From positions 64,120-128,119 of the forward strand of contig CAZKFF010000001.1 of the NCBI GenBank assembly GCA_964552045.1: DNA of 64,000 bases, in the 5' to 3' direction. The notes beneath the pieces were generated by a model. The model worked only from the letters and a program-made list of their open reading frames with translations, did no database searches and was not told the DNA's origin. This stretch comes from an uncultured Candidatus Saccharibacteria bacterium. Lineage in GTDB: Bacteria; Patescibacteriota; Minisyncoccia; Phycocordibacterales; UBA918. Numbering within the stretch: position 1 is the first letter of the stretch; each line of letters starts with the position of its first letter. Positions 19,314-28,003 of the stretch are shown one piece after another. The translations under genes were made by a program, and so were the position numbers.

Positions 19314-20039
19314 TTATCCGATGATCTTTATCGCTTTCATGATCGCCATCTTTACCGCATACTCCTCGTCAGTATACGTCCCGTCGAGCGCTGAAGTGAG
19401 CGCCCTGAGTATCTCCTGCAGCTGCTCCTCAGAAAGGCGGGAGCCTTCCTTTTTGAGCATCTCTGAAATGGCGGGGTCTTCCCCTTTCTTGAAGCGGTAG
19501 AGAGCATCAAGATCGGTGGTGGCATCCGCAAGCGCCACCATAGGACGATTACTGATCATCGTATATGAAGCGGTCGTATTTCCGGCAAGGATCGCCTCTG
19601 CGAGTGACCCCGATGTTATCGGCTCCTGGGAAAGGTCGATAGCCGTATCTGCTGTCATCTCTCCTTCTTCGGTATCCATTTCTGAAAGCAGCGTTTCCAT
19701 ACGCGCGAGATTGACGACCACCCACCCGTCTTCACTTGGGAACGATATCCGCGCTTGAGCGAGCACAGTATCGAGTGCTGAACCGCGCGCATCCTCTGAC
19801 GGTACCTTCCCGATGAAATAGCGCATCGCATCACTTGAGAGGAGTACCTTTTGCGCATGTGCCTGGTTCTCAAGCGAGGTAAGGGCGGCATCCTCGCTTG
19901 CAGGACTCATCGTATCGAAGTCGAATGCTCCTGTGGGCAGATCAACCGGACCCGCTGCAGCGTGTGTGACGGAATCAAGGTACGCTTCGGCGACCGGGGA
20001 TGCCCCCTCTACGCTTACATCAGTGTACGTGGTGTGCAC
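19314..20039 (-). CDS. Helical cytoplasmic domain; probably the -1-frame continuation of 20060-21205
   Basis: Frame is open upstream to the A9 run (GFLGFRFREPVHTT...); weak GTG start without SD. Confidence 0.7.
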   Translation of the reverse strand: MHTTYTDVSVEGASPVAEAYLDSVTHAAAGPVDLPTGAFDFDTMSPASEDAALTSLENQAHAQKVLLSSDAMRYFIGKVPSEDARGSALDTVLAQARISFPSEDGWVVVNLARMETLLSEMDTEEGEMTADTAIDLSQEPITSGSLAEAILAGNTTASYTMISNRPMVALADATTDLDALYRFKKGEDPAISEMLKKEGSRLSEEQLQEILRALTSALDGTYTDEEYAVKMAIMKAIKIIG

Positions 20040-20059
20040 TGGCTCCCTGAATCTGAAGC

Positions 20060-21205
20060 CTAAGAAACCTTTTTTTTTATGACAACAATGTATGCTACGA
20101 AGAGTGCCCAGAGGGTGAGGAGACCGTAGAAGATGAAAGTGAGCACTGGACCGGCTTCAAATCCCGTATAGGGAACTTCCGTCAGGTAAATACTTCCGAC
20201 AACCGGCTTCTGATCGCGCGTCTCAAGAACGATGATCTCGCCCTCTACTTCTACTTCAACTTTACAGGTTCTATCCTTGCTGCCTCGCTCCGCTTCGAGC
20301 GTATAGGTAGTATCCTTTGTTGGACGCAGCTTGATCTCGCCGTCAAGGAAGTCCTTCTTATCCCTGCTTGAGAGATCATCGGTATCAACAAGCGTATTGC
20401 CGTGATTGTCCTTCAGAAGGATGTCGTACGCATTGGTAGTTTCCCACTCTAGCGTTATTTCTTTCCCCCTCTTTATTTTTTTCGCAGAGATGTCGAGATC
20501 ACACTTCGGCGTCTTTGATCCGCCTCCTCCGTATGAACCCTGTGAATAGTACGAACTCTGGCTGTAATTGTTATATGAGCCCTGCGAATAGTAACTGCTC
20601 TGGGAGTAGTAACTGCTTTGAGAATATGACGGCTCATCCACGACTACCTTAGCATTGCAGGTATCGTCATCACCGGTACCTTCGGCGGTGAGCTGGAAGG
20701 TCGTATCGTCTGTAACATGGACAACCTTTGTCCCGTTAGCATTCACTTCGCCAACGCCATTATCAATGGTGACTTTCGTTGCATTCGTGGTCTTCCAGGT
20801 GAGGGTCACATCGCCGCCGCCATTCGGAAGCGAAGATGGAGAGGCGGTAAAGAGATCACAGGATGCATTCGATACATATGACGACTGCGAATAGTACGAA
20901 CTTTGAGAGTAATAAGAACTCTGGGAGTAGTAGGAACTCTGAGAATAGTAATCACTCTGGGAGTAGTAGCTTCCCTGCGAGTAGTAGCTGCTCTGAGAAT
21001 AGTAATCGCTCTGAGAGTAATAAGAACTCTGGGAATAGTAATCGCTCTGAGAATAGTAATCGCTTTGCGAGTAACAACTGCCACAGCTGGTCTGAGCCTC
21101 TGCTGTACCCAGCAAAAGCGGAGAACCGGCGACATAGCTCAGTATCCCGAACACTGCAAAAAATACCAGTGCAGCGATAAGTGTCTTGTTGATTAATGTT
21201 GTCAT
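20060..21205 (-). CDS. Putative sortase-anchored surface protein: signal peptide, YSQxxY repeats, two Ig-like domains, VPYTG-TM-KKK
   Basis: Signal ending TAEA; 11+5 YSQxxY units; VTLTWKTTNA and ITLEWETTNA Ig-like repeats; LTEVPYTG then hydrophobic helix and KKK; sortase gene nearby. Confidence 0.85.
   Translation of the reverse strand: MTTLINKTLIAALVFFAVFGILSYVAGSPLLLGTAEAQTSCGSCYSQSDYYSQSDYYSQSSYYSQSDYYSQSSYYSQGSYYSQSDYYSQSSYYSQSSYYSQSSYYSQSSYVSNASCDLFTASPSSLPNGGGDVTLTWKTTNATKVTIDNGVGEVNANGTKVVHVTDDTTFQLTAEGTGDDDTCNAKVVVDEPSYSQSSYYSQSSYYSQGSYNNYSQSSYYSQGSYGGGGSKTPKCDLDISAKKIKRGKEITLEWETTNAYDILLKDNHGNTLVDTDDLSSRDKKDFLDGEIKLRPTKDTTYTLEAERGSKDRTCKVEVEVEGEIIVLETRDQKPVVGSIYLTEVPYTGFEAGPVLTFIFYGLLTLWALFVAYIVVIKKKVS
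20531..20626 (-). repeat. YSQ(S/G)SY coding repeat, 5 units with an NN interruption
   Basis: YSQSSY YSQSSY YSQGSY NN YSQSSY YSQGSY. Confidence 0.95.
20876..21073 (-). repeat. 18-bp coding tandem repeat, 11 units of YSQ(S/G)(S/D)Y
   Basis: Counted in translation; 198 nt. Confidence 0.95.
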
Positions 21206-21332
21206 ATACATGTAGTAAATAATATACCGCCCGAATCTCTTCGGATGCCAATAGTTGTGCATCGCACAACTGCTCGCATCCAAATTGATAGTGGTTCCGG
21301 ACGCAAGCATGGGTGCTTGCGTCCGAAGACCG

Positions 21333-21782
21333 TCAGACCGGCGAGTAGGACCACTCCTCTCCGCCGACCCGTTCCATGACATAGGTGCCGTCCTTCGTGA
21401 TCGCCGGAGTCGAGACCCAGCCGGTGTACTCCGGACAGGTCACATAGACCGCGATCCTGGTGCCGGATGTGACGAACTGGTCGCGGCACTGCGCGTTCTG
21501 CATCGTCGCGATGCGTTCGAACGTGCCGCGCTTGTAACGCAGGTGCACCACCCACTCGTTGGTTCCGTCAGGACGAGTGATGATCCGGTGCTCACGGTCT
21601 GTGAAGCAGACCGTGACCTTGATCGTAGGGTGCACATCGCTCTGCCCATGGTAGTGCGTTTCCGGCACAACCGGACACACGACCTTCTGGGCGCAGTTGT
21701 CAGCGAATGCCGGCGATGCGATCCCGAGCGAGCCGCCAAGCAGCAGTGAAGCAGCAAGGACGGCAGCAGCATACTTGGTCAT
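21333..21782 (-). CDS. Secreted Cys-containing hypothetical protein (149 aa)
   Basis: GGAGG SD; signal peptide MTKYAAAVLAASLLLGGSLGIASPAFA. Confidence 0.7.
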   Translation of the reverse strand: MTKYAAAVLAASLLLGGSLGIASPAFADNCAQKVVCPVVPETHYHGQSDVHPTIKVTVCFTDREHRIITRPDGTNEWVVHLRYKRGTFERIATMQNAQCRDQFVTSGTRIAVYVTCPEYTGWVSTPAITKDGTYVMERVGGEEWSYSPV

Positions 21783-22123
21783 TGAAATGCGCCTCCGTAG
21801 CGCTTCGTTGTGAAAGCAGCACCATGCCGCTTTCTGTTCAATGTGCGAAGCCTCCCGTCGTGGCAATACGGAAGCTCACCGAGCTTCCGTACATACACGT
21901 GGAGAGCTTGCTTGTAAGAAGACCAACCCATCGGTTCCAAAAAGAAAGCTCACCGCCTGTGTCTCCAGTATGCATGAGATAGATATTATTGAAGAGAAGT
22001 ACTTTCGAGATACTATACCCCAAAGAACTGAGCAATACTTCACTTTAGCCCATTTATGACAATTTGTCAAGAGCTCCGTTCAGCATTGATTATAAGGGCA
22101 CGGCAATGAGGTTTTTGTGAATT

Positions 22124-22807
22124 TTAGAGCTTTTTGGTCTCAATAAGAGACGCCTCAACGACGAAACGGTCGTCTTTTGAGCCGAAACTGTTGCAGGTTG
22201 CAAGCGTCAGCTTTGCCTTCCCCGGAGTTGCAGGCACAGCGACTTCACTCGCTTTTGCCTTGTACACATTCTGGACGCGATAAATATACTCCGCATCTGC
22301 AGAACGGACGCGGATCGTGTCTCCCCAGACCAGATTCTGGATACCGTTGAAAGCCTGAAAATTCTTGTTGAAGACAGTCGGCAGATAGCTCGAATGCCCG
22401 AGGATGAACATATTGCCCTTGGTCGTAAGATCAGCTGAATCAGGATGGCGCACAGCGCCGGAAAGAAGTGCAGCATCAAGGTCCGCAACTTCATCGGAAT
22501 CCGGGTTGAGTACGGGCACTTCTTTGCCCAGTGAATCGAATATGATGCTTGTCGGCAGCGCTGAGTGCGGTTCTTCTTCAACCACGGCAACTACGCGTTC
22601 TTCTGCTGGCTCTGTGTCCGATTCTTCAATCATCTCCGTATCTGTATCTTCTGTGGAGGCATCAGCTTTGTGCGGCTCAGGATAAAAATCAAGCGCAAAT
22701 AAAAGCCCGTACGTCATGAGCACGACGATGAAGAACACCACGAGAAATGGCGCACGGTTGACCTTTATTTGAGCATAGAGCTCTTCAAACAATTCACGTA
22801 TGTCCAT
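22124..22807 (-). CDS. Sortase
   Basis: N-terminal TM anchor; catalytic His (ILGHSS), TLATC Cys and downstream Arg (DRFVV). Confidence 0.92.
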   Translation of the reverse strand: MDIRELFEELYAQIKVNRAPFLVVFFIVVLMTYGLLFALDFYPEPHKADASTEDTDTEMIEESDTEPAEERVVAVVEEEPHSALPTSIIFDSLGKEVPVLNPDSDEVADLDAALLSGAVRHPDSADLTTKGNMFILGHSSYLPTVFNKNFQAFNGIQNLVWGDTIRVRSADAEYIYRVQNVYKAKASEVAVPATPGKAKLTLATCNSFGSKDDRFVVEASLIETKKL

Positions 22808-23038
22808 AAAATAGTCACGACATAATACATTATTTTTGTCAAAAGTCAACCCTTTCCTGTTCAGGTGAAGGTTGACACTAGCTACATAATATGATATGGT
22901 TCATGTGTACTATTCCAATCGGCAATTGGATCTCGTTCTCACTACTTTTGCGTCCTTTTCCCTCAGTGTATGGGGGCTTTTGTGCAATTGCATTGAGGCG
23001 GCGGCGTACGATAACGTTAGTAATAGTTTTTAATTTTT

Positions 23039-24064
23039 ATGAATCAGGTATCAGAGGATAAGAAGACGACGCTCATGAAGGTTCTAGCCATTCTGGGCTT
23101 TCTGGCGATCATCATTCTCGCTGTGTGGCTTGCGGTGAAAATCGTAAGCGTCATACCGAGTGCATTCTCGTCTTTGGCTTCGCTCGCTGACAGCGTATAC
23201 AACTACGACCGCGAAGAGAAGCTCGAGGTAGCAACTGAGAACAGCGTGGTCAATGCTGGTGAGGCGTTCACCATCTCATGGACAAACATGCGGGAGAACG
23301 GTTCGTACACGTTCTCATACTCATGTATCGACGGAGTTTCGGTGGACATCCGCGATCAGGAGGGCACTATTGAAGCACTTGCCTGTGACACGCCGCTTGA
23401 TGTGCAGCATGAAACGTCGCTTGAGATCCGTATCTCATCGGAAAAATCACGATTCGTCGATGTTCCCTATACGATCACCTTTACCGCGAGCGATGAGGAA
23501 GGATCAGCTCTCTCAAGCAAATCCACTGTTACTATCGTCAATGCCACCATACCGACTTCAGGCCTAGTACAGGAAGAGCCTGAGGAAGAAGAGACAGTTA
23601 CACCGGAAGCAGCAAAGCCGGAAGCTGCTCCAAAAGCGCCGCGTTACACTCCAGGCACGCCTGTTGTCACCAAAAAGATAATCTACACCATCCCGGTGTC
23701 TGATCCGAATGGAACGATCGACCTCCAGGTCACCTATCTTGGTGCGGGTACGCTTTCACAGTTTGGCTTTATCAAGAAATCAAGCATTGATATTGATGAC
23801 CAGGGCGCAGTGCAGTTTGAGGTCAAGAACATCGGCACCAAAACTGCAGAAGACTGGGAATATGAAGCAGAGCTTCCCGGCGACATCACCTACTCATCAA
23901 ACGACCAGAAGGCTTTGAAGCCGAACGAACGTGCGGTTATTACCCTCGGATTTGAAGGACTCAGCAATGATGGTACAGAAAAAGTAAGCGTCGAGGTCAC
24001 CGCAAAGCATGACGTGAAGAAGTCGAACAATGACTTTACACACACTGTTAAGATCACTGACTAA
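23039..24064 (+). CDS. Membrane-anchored Ig-like/CARDB-domain protein
   Basis: N-terminal TM; DLQVT...FEVKNIGTK...LKPNE...VKKSNND pattern of CARDB. Confidence 0.75.
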   Translation: MNQVSEDKKTTLMKVLAILGFLAIIILAVWLAVKIVSVIPSAFSSLASLADSVYNYDREEKLEVATENSVVNAGEAFTISWTNMRENGSYTFSYSCIDGVSVDIRDQEGTIEALACDTPLDVQHETSLEIRISSEKSRFVDVPYTITFTASDEEGSALSSKSTVTIVNATIPTSGLVQEEPEEEETVTPEAAKPEAAPKAPRYTPGTPVVTKKIIYTIPVSDPNGTIDLQVTYLGAGTLSQFGFIKKSSIDIDDQGAVQFEVKNIGTKTAEDWEYEAELPGDITYSSNDQKALKPNERAVITLGFEGLSNDGTEKVSVEVTAKHDVKKSNNDFTHTVKITD

Positions 24065-24069
24065 CATTA

Positions 24070-24101
24070 AAAAAAGCCGCAGGAGTGATCCGCGGCTTTT
24101 T
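24070..24101. terminator. Bidirectional terminator between convergent genes
   Basis: AAAAAAGCCGC...GCGGCTTTTTT. Confidence 0.7.
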
Positions 24102-25492
24102 TAGCGCCCAAACCACAAAACCTTTTTGTCGGGATCCTGCTCTTCGGGGAAAAGCGCATTCCAGGTTGCCCGGTCCACTGTCCCTGGTATGACCTCGGAC
24201 TCAAGCATTTCCTTGCTGAAGACGCGCTGCTGAAAATCATATACCGCTTGTCGCGTGCCGGTGCCGTACAGTCCGTCAATTGCCACGCTTTCGTCCCCGT
24301 ACTCGTAGAGTGCCATCTGCACCTTTATGGTAAGCGCTCTTTTTTGCGGAGCCTCAGCCTCATCGAGTTCCATTGAGATGATCGTCTTGACCGTATCGAG
24401 CATAGCGCCGACCACTTCCGGCCCATGAATAAGGACGATGGTGTACTTTTCCCCGCTTGGCGACATCCGGTCTATGGCACCCCATTCGATGCCCGAAGGC
24501 ATGCGCACTCCAGCAGCACAGTCGCGGTCAAGGAACACCGGCGAACCGGAAATGCCCTCAAGGTCGTAGGCATTTTGCTTCTGGTCACCGTTGGAATCGT
24601 TCATCTTTGTGAGGAACGCATACGAAGACAAGAATGCTTCCTCGTATTCTCTGCTCGCGCGTGCTCCGAACAGCGCCTCTTTTTCATCTGTGGTTAGCAA
24701 CCCTTCTGTCACCTTGAATACGACGCCGGAGAGGATGTCGGTCCCGTCACTTGCCCTGCCTCTCCGTTCATGGATCGAGGGGATATGCACGAGATTGCCG
24801 CTGATATCCTCTGACGCTTTCCTCCTATCCCACTGCAGCTGTACCTTGTCTATCTCCTCTTTTCCTTCTTCGTTGGTGACCAACTCCGATACCGCGCACC
24901 CGCCGATATCCTCCCTTCCCCCCAGAAGTTCACAGCGGAACGAATGCTCCATGACGTGCTTATTGGCGATGAGTGCGTCATTAACAAAAAATCCGTTACT
25001 GTATCCCGCAAGATACATGTCTTCATTATTGCGCTGATGCGCAAAGCGGATATGGGGAATGCGATCCTTTCCCTCATGCCTGATCTGTACCGACGGCCAT
25101 GATCCGCCCTCGCGGAAAAAACCCTCACGGTCAACCTCTGAACCCTCCAGAACAGAGCGGTCGGTGACCGGTATTCCTTCCTCTCCTTCAAGGATGCTCC
25201 AGATCTCCTCTTCAGTTATATCGATCCGGGCGAGTTCCATCTTCAATTGCTTCAGTCGGGCTTCGTATGCACGGATCGACCCCACCAAATCCTCGGCGTT
25301 TTCTGGCGAGAACGGCGACGCCTCAGCACCGTGCACGCCTGAGACACCCAATGCGCTTGCTGCAGCCAAAGCACCAGCTCCCTTTAAGAACTGGCGTCTT
25401 TGAAGACCCTGTGCATTCAGCTCATGAGCGTTATCCGCTGTCTTTGAGGTGCGGGGCGTATCTTTTTTAAAGAAAAGGCTTTCAAATCCCAT
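24101..25492 (-). CDS. Twin-arginine-motif protein with trypsin-like protease domain and C-terminal peptidoglycan-binding domain
   Basis: RRQFLKG plus hydrophobic stretch; IANKHV / EDIG / EGISGSPVF resemble the S1 His-Asp-Ser motifs; VQMAL...IDGLYGTGTRQAVYDFQ...GTVDRATW is PG_binding_1. Confidence 0.75.
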   Translation of the reverse strand: MGFESLFFKKDTPRTSKTADNAHELNAQGLQRRQFLKGAGALAAASALGVSGVHGAEASPFSPENAEDLVGSIRAYEARLKQLKMELARIDITEEEIWSILEGEEGIPVTDRSVLEGSEVDREGFFREGGSWPSVQIRHEGKDRIPHIRFAHQRNNEDMYLAGYSNGFFVNDALIANKHVMEHSFRCELLGGREDIGGCAVSELVTNEEGKEEIDKVQLQWDRRKASEDISGNLVHIPSIHERRGRASDGTDILSGVVFKVTEGLLTTDEKEALFGARASREYEEAFLSSYAFLTKMNDSNGDQKQNAYDLEGISGSPVFLDRDCAAGVRMPSGIEWGAIDRMSPSGEKYTIVLIHGPEVVGAMLDTVKTIISMELDEAEAPQKRALTIKVQMALYEYGDESVAIDGLYGTGTRQAVYDFQQRVFSKEMLESEVIPGTVDRATWNALFPEEQDPDKKVLWFGR

Positions 25493-25495
25493 GAA

Positions 25496-27598
25496 TTAGA
25501 TATCCAGGTTTGCAGTGTGGGCGTTTGACTGGATGAACAGCTTTCGGCTTTCCACATCCGTTCCCATCAGTATATCAAATACTTTGTCAGCTTCCTGCGC
25601 ATCTTCAATGGTGACCTGCCTGAGAATGCGGTTCTCAGGATTCATCGTAGTCTCCCAGAGCTCTTCGGCATTCATTTCGCCGAGGCCTTTGTACCGTTGA
25701 ATGCGGAACTTCGTGCCGCCCTTCTTCGCGGCTTCTTCCTCAGGCTCCTCATCAGCTTCCTCCTCCGTTGATTCGTCCTGCGCAATCTCATCGAGCGCTG
25801 ACGCCTCTTCACCGACAATATCGAATTTTTCCTGGTCGGAATATGCGTATGAGGTCATCTTGCCCTGCTGAATCTTGTACAGAGGAGGTTGCGCGATATA
25901 GATATATCCTTCTTCAATGAGCGGACGGAAATAGCGGTAGAAAAGTGTCAACAGAAGCGTGCGGATATGCGCTCCGTCCACGTCCGCATCAGTTGCGATG
26001 ATGATCTTGTGGTAACGCAGTTTCGAAAGATCGAACACGTCGCCGATGGCCGTCCCCAATGCAATGACAAGGTTCTTGATCTGTTCGGACACGAGCATCT
26101 TATCAATGCGCGCGCGTTCCACATTGAGGATCTTGCCGCGCAACGGCAGGATCGCCTGCGTACGCCGGTCACGGCCCATCTTCGCAGAACCTCCCGCAGA
26201 GTCTCCCTCCACGATGAAGAGCTCGGATTCCTCTGCACTCTTGGTCTGACAGTCCGCAAGTTTTCCCGGCAGCGACATGCCCTCAAGCGCACCCTTGCGC
26301 AATACCGAATCTTTTGCCGCTTTTGCAGCCTTTCGCGCTTTCACAGCGATAATCACCTTGTTGATGATCGCTTTGGCATCATCGGGATTCTCCTCAAGAT
26401 ATTCGGTGAACGCCTCTCCGAAAATGGTCTCAACGGCGCTGCGCGCTTCGACGCTGCCAAGTTTGCCTTTGGTTTGTCCTTCAAATTGGATCTCCGGCAT
26501 TTTCACTGACACAACTGCAGTGATCCCCTCGAGCACATCGTCTCCGGTAAAGCCGGCGTCCTTATCCTTCTCTTTGAAGAAATTGTTCTTTTTTGCGTAA
26601 TTGTTGAGCGTGCGGGTGAGGGCTGTCTTAAAACCCGTTATGTGCGTTCCATGCTCAGGGTTGTAAATATTGTTCGCAAAGGCGGAGATGCGCGACTGAA
26701 TGTCATCGACGTACTGCAGCGCGACCTCAACGGACATGACCGGACCCTCCATGCTGTTCTTCTCAACGTAGAAGATATTCTTGTGGACTGGCTTTTGATA
26801 CTGGTTGTTGAACGCGACAAGTGATTTCAGCCCCCCCTCGAAGTAGAAGGACATGCTCGGAACCTCAAGATGCTCGTCGGCGAGGTAGATGACCTCAGCG
26901 ATGCTGTTGGCATCAAGTCTCGCCTGGCTTTCGCGTGCATCAAGCACGGTCATGTGCAGTCCTTTCACGAGATACGCCTGCTGGCGCAGATGTCCGACGA
27001 TACGCTTCCAGTCATACTTGATCTCAGGGAAGATCGCCGGATCGGCCTGGAACAAGACGATCGATCCATTGAACGACGTCGCGCTCAATTTCTTGACCTT
27101 CGCCTTTGCCTTGCCGATAGCGTATTCCTGCATGTAGTGGCCGCCGTCCTTGTGCACGTCAACGCGCATATGTGTTGAAAGTGCATTCACCACCGACGCG
27201 CCGACGCCATGGAGTCCGCCGGAAACTTTGTAGCCCGTCCCTTCGCCGCCGAACTTGCCGCCGGCATGGAGCGTAGTCATGATCGTCTCAAGCGCGGAGA
27301 CCTTCGTCTGCTTATGGATATCGACAGGAATGCCGCGGCCGTTGTCAACCACGCGGATATAATTGTCCGGCAGCAGCGCCACTTCGACACGATTGGCAAA
27401 ACCACCCATCGCCTCGTCGCGTGAGTTGTCGAATATTTCCCAGATCAGGTGATGAAGGCCATCGAGACCGGTGGTACCGATGTACATTCCTGGACGTTTG
27501 CGCACCGGTTCCAGCCCTTCGAGTACGGAGATTGAAGAGGCATCATATCCGCTCTTTTTTTTGGCATCCTTCTGTGCAGCTACTTTTTTTACAGGCAT
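25496..27598 (-). CDS. gyrB: DNA gyrase subunit B
   Basis: VRKRPGMYIG, DNGRGIP, GLHGVG, EGDSAGG, PLRGK, DADVDG, RYKGLGEM. Confidence 0.97.
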   Translation of the reverse strand: MPVKKVAAQKDAKKKSGYDASSISVLEGLEPVRKRPGMYIGTTGLDGLHHLIWEIFDNSRDEAMGGFANRVEVALLPDNYIRVVDNGRGIPVDIHKQTKVSALETIMTTLHAGGKFGGEGTGYKVSGGLHGVGASVVNALSTHMRVDVHKDGGHYMQEYAIGKAKAKVKKLSATSFNGSIVLFQADPAIFPEIKYDWKRIVGHLRQQAYLVKGLHMTVLDARESQARLDANSIAEVIYLADEHLEVPSMSFYFEGGLKSLVAFNNQYQKPVHKNIFYVEKNSMEGPVMSVEVALQYVDDIQSRISAFANNIYNPEHGTHITGFKTALTRTLNNYAKKNNFFKEKDKDAGFTGDDVLEGITAVVSVKMPEIQFEGQTKGKLGSVEARSAVETIFGEAFTEYLEENPDDAKAIINKVIIAVKARKAAKAAKDSVLRKGALEGMSLPGKLADCQTKSAEESELFIVEGDSAGGSAKMGRDRRTQAILPLRGKILNVERARIDKMLVSEQIKNLVIALGTAIGDVFDLSKLRYHKIIIATDADVDGAHIRTLLLTLFYRYFRPLIEEGYIYIAQPPLYKIQQGKMTSYAYSDQEKFDIVGEEASALDEIAQDESTEEEADEEPEEEAAKKGGTKFRIQRYKGLGEMNAEELWETTMNPENRILRQVTIEDAQEADKVFDILMGTDVESRKLFIQSNAHTANLDI

Positions 27599-27746
27599 GA
27601 GTTCAATTTTTTCTTAAATAGTGCCTCTTAGTATAGCAAAAAACATGCTCTCATGCTTCTTGCGGAAGTGGGAAAATGAGCCTTAATTCCATTGCAAAAT
27701 CACTGTTTTTGGGTATCCTGTAAGACCGCATCAAGGAGGTCGCGGC

Positions 27747-27950
27747 ATGGGCGCAAATATGGTGATACGGACACCCAATTACGGGGAGGCTGTCCGTGAA
27801 TACAGGACACAGACAGGTGAATGGTCGCGCGATCCAGACGACGCGTTCCACACCTCAGAGGAGGACGCAAAGGCGATCGTGCGCACGCTGAGGCAGGCGG
27901 ACAGGGCGCCAGCGCTCTATGAGTACGAGGAGAAACCTGTAGCACAGTAG
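27747..27950 (+). CDS. Small hypothetical protein (67 aa)
   Basis: AAGGAGG SD 7 nt before ATG; own terminator at 27962-28002. Confidence 0.6.
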   Translation: MGANMVIRTPNYGEAVREYRTQTGEWSRDPDDAFHTSEEDAKAIVRTLRQADRAPALYEYEEKPVAQ

Positions 27951-27961
27951 ATGCAGTCCGG

Positions 27962-28002
27962 GCGTCCGTTTTGGTACTGATGTATTAAAACGGACGCTTT
28001 TT
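27962..28002 (+). terminator. Intrinsic terminator (also faces the pheT end)
   Basis: GCGTCCGTTTT...AAAACGGACGC followed by T5. Confidence 0.7.
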
Positions 28003-28003
28003 C

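Noticed and set aside
6691-21073. 18-bp periodic arrays as CRISPR or other non-coding arrays
   Set aside because: No unique spacers, variation concentrates at synonymous positions, the arrays are in frame within ORFs, and no cas genes are present
21206-21382. Upstream extension of the YSQ-repeat gene to 21382 (and similar extensions of rpsP, rpmF, rnhB, rpmE2, pfkB, 37329-38765)
   Set aside because: The extensions overlap neighbouring genes, terminators or promoters; the signal peptide or family N-terminus begins at the downstream ATG
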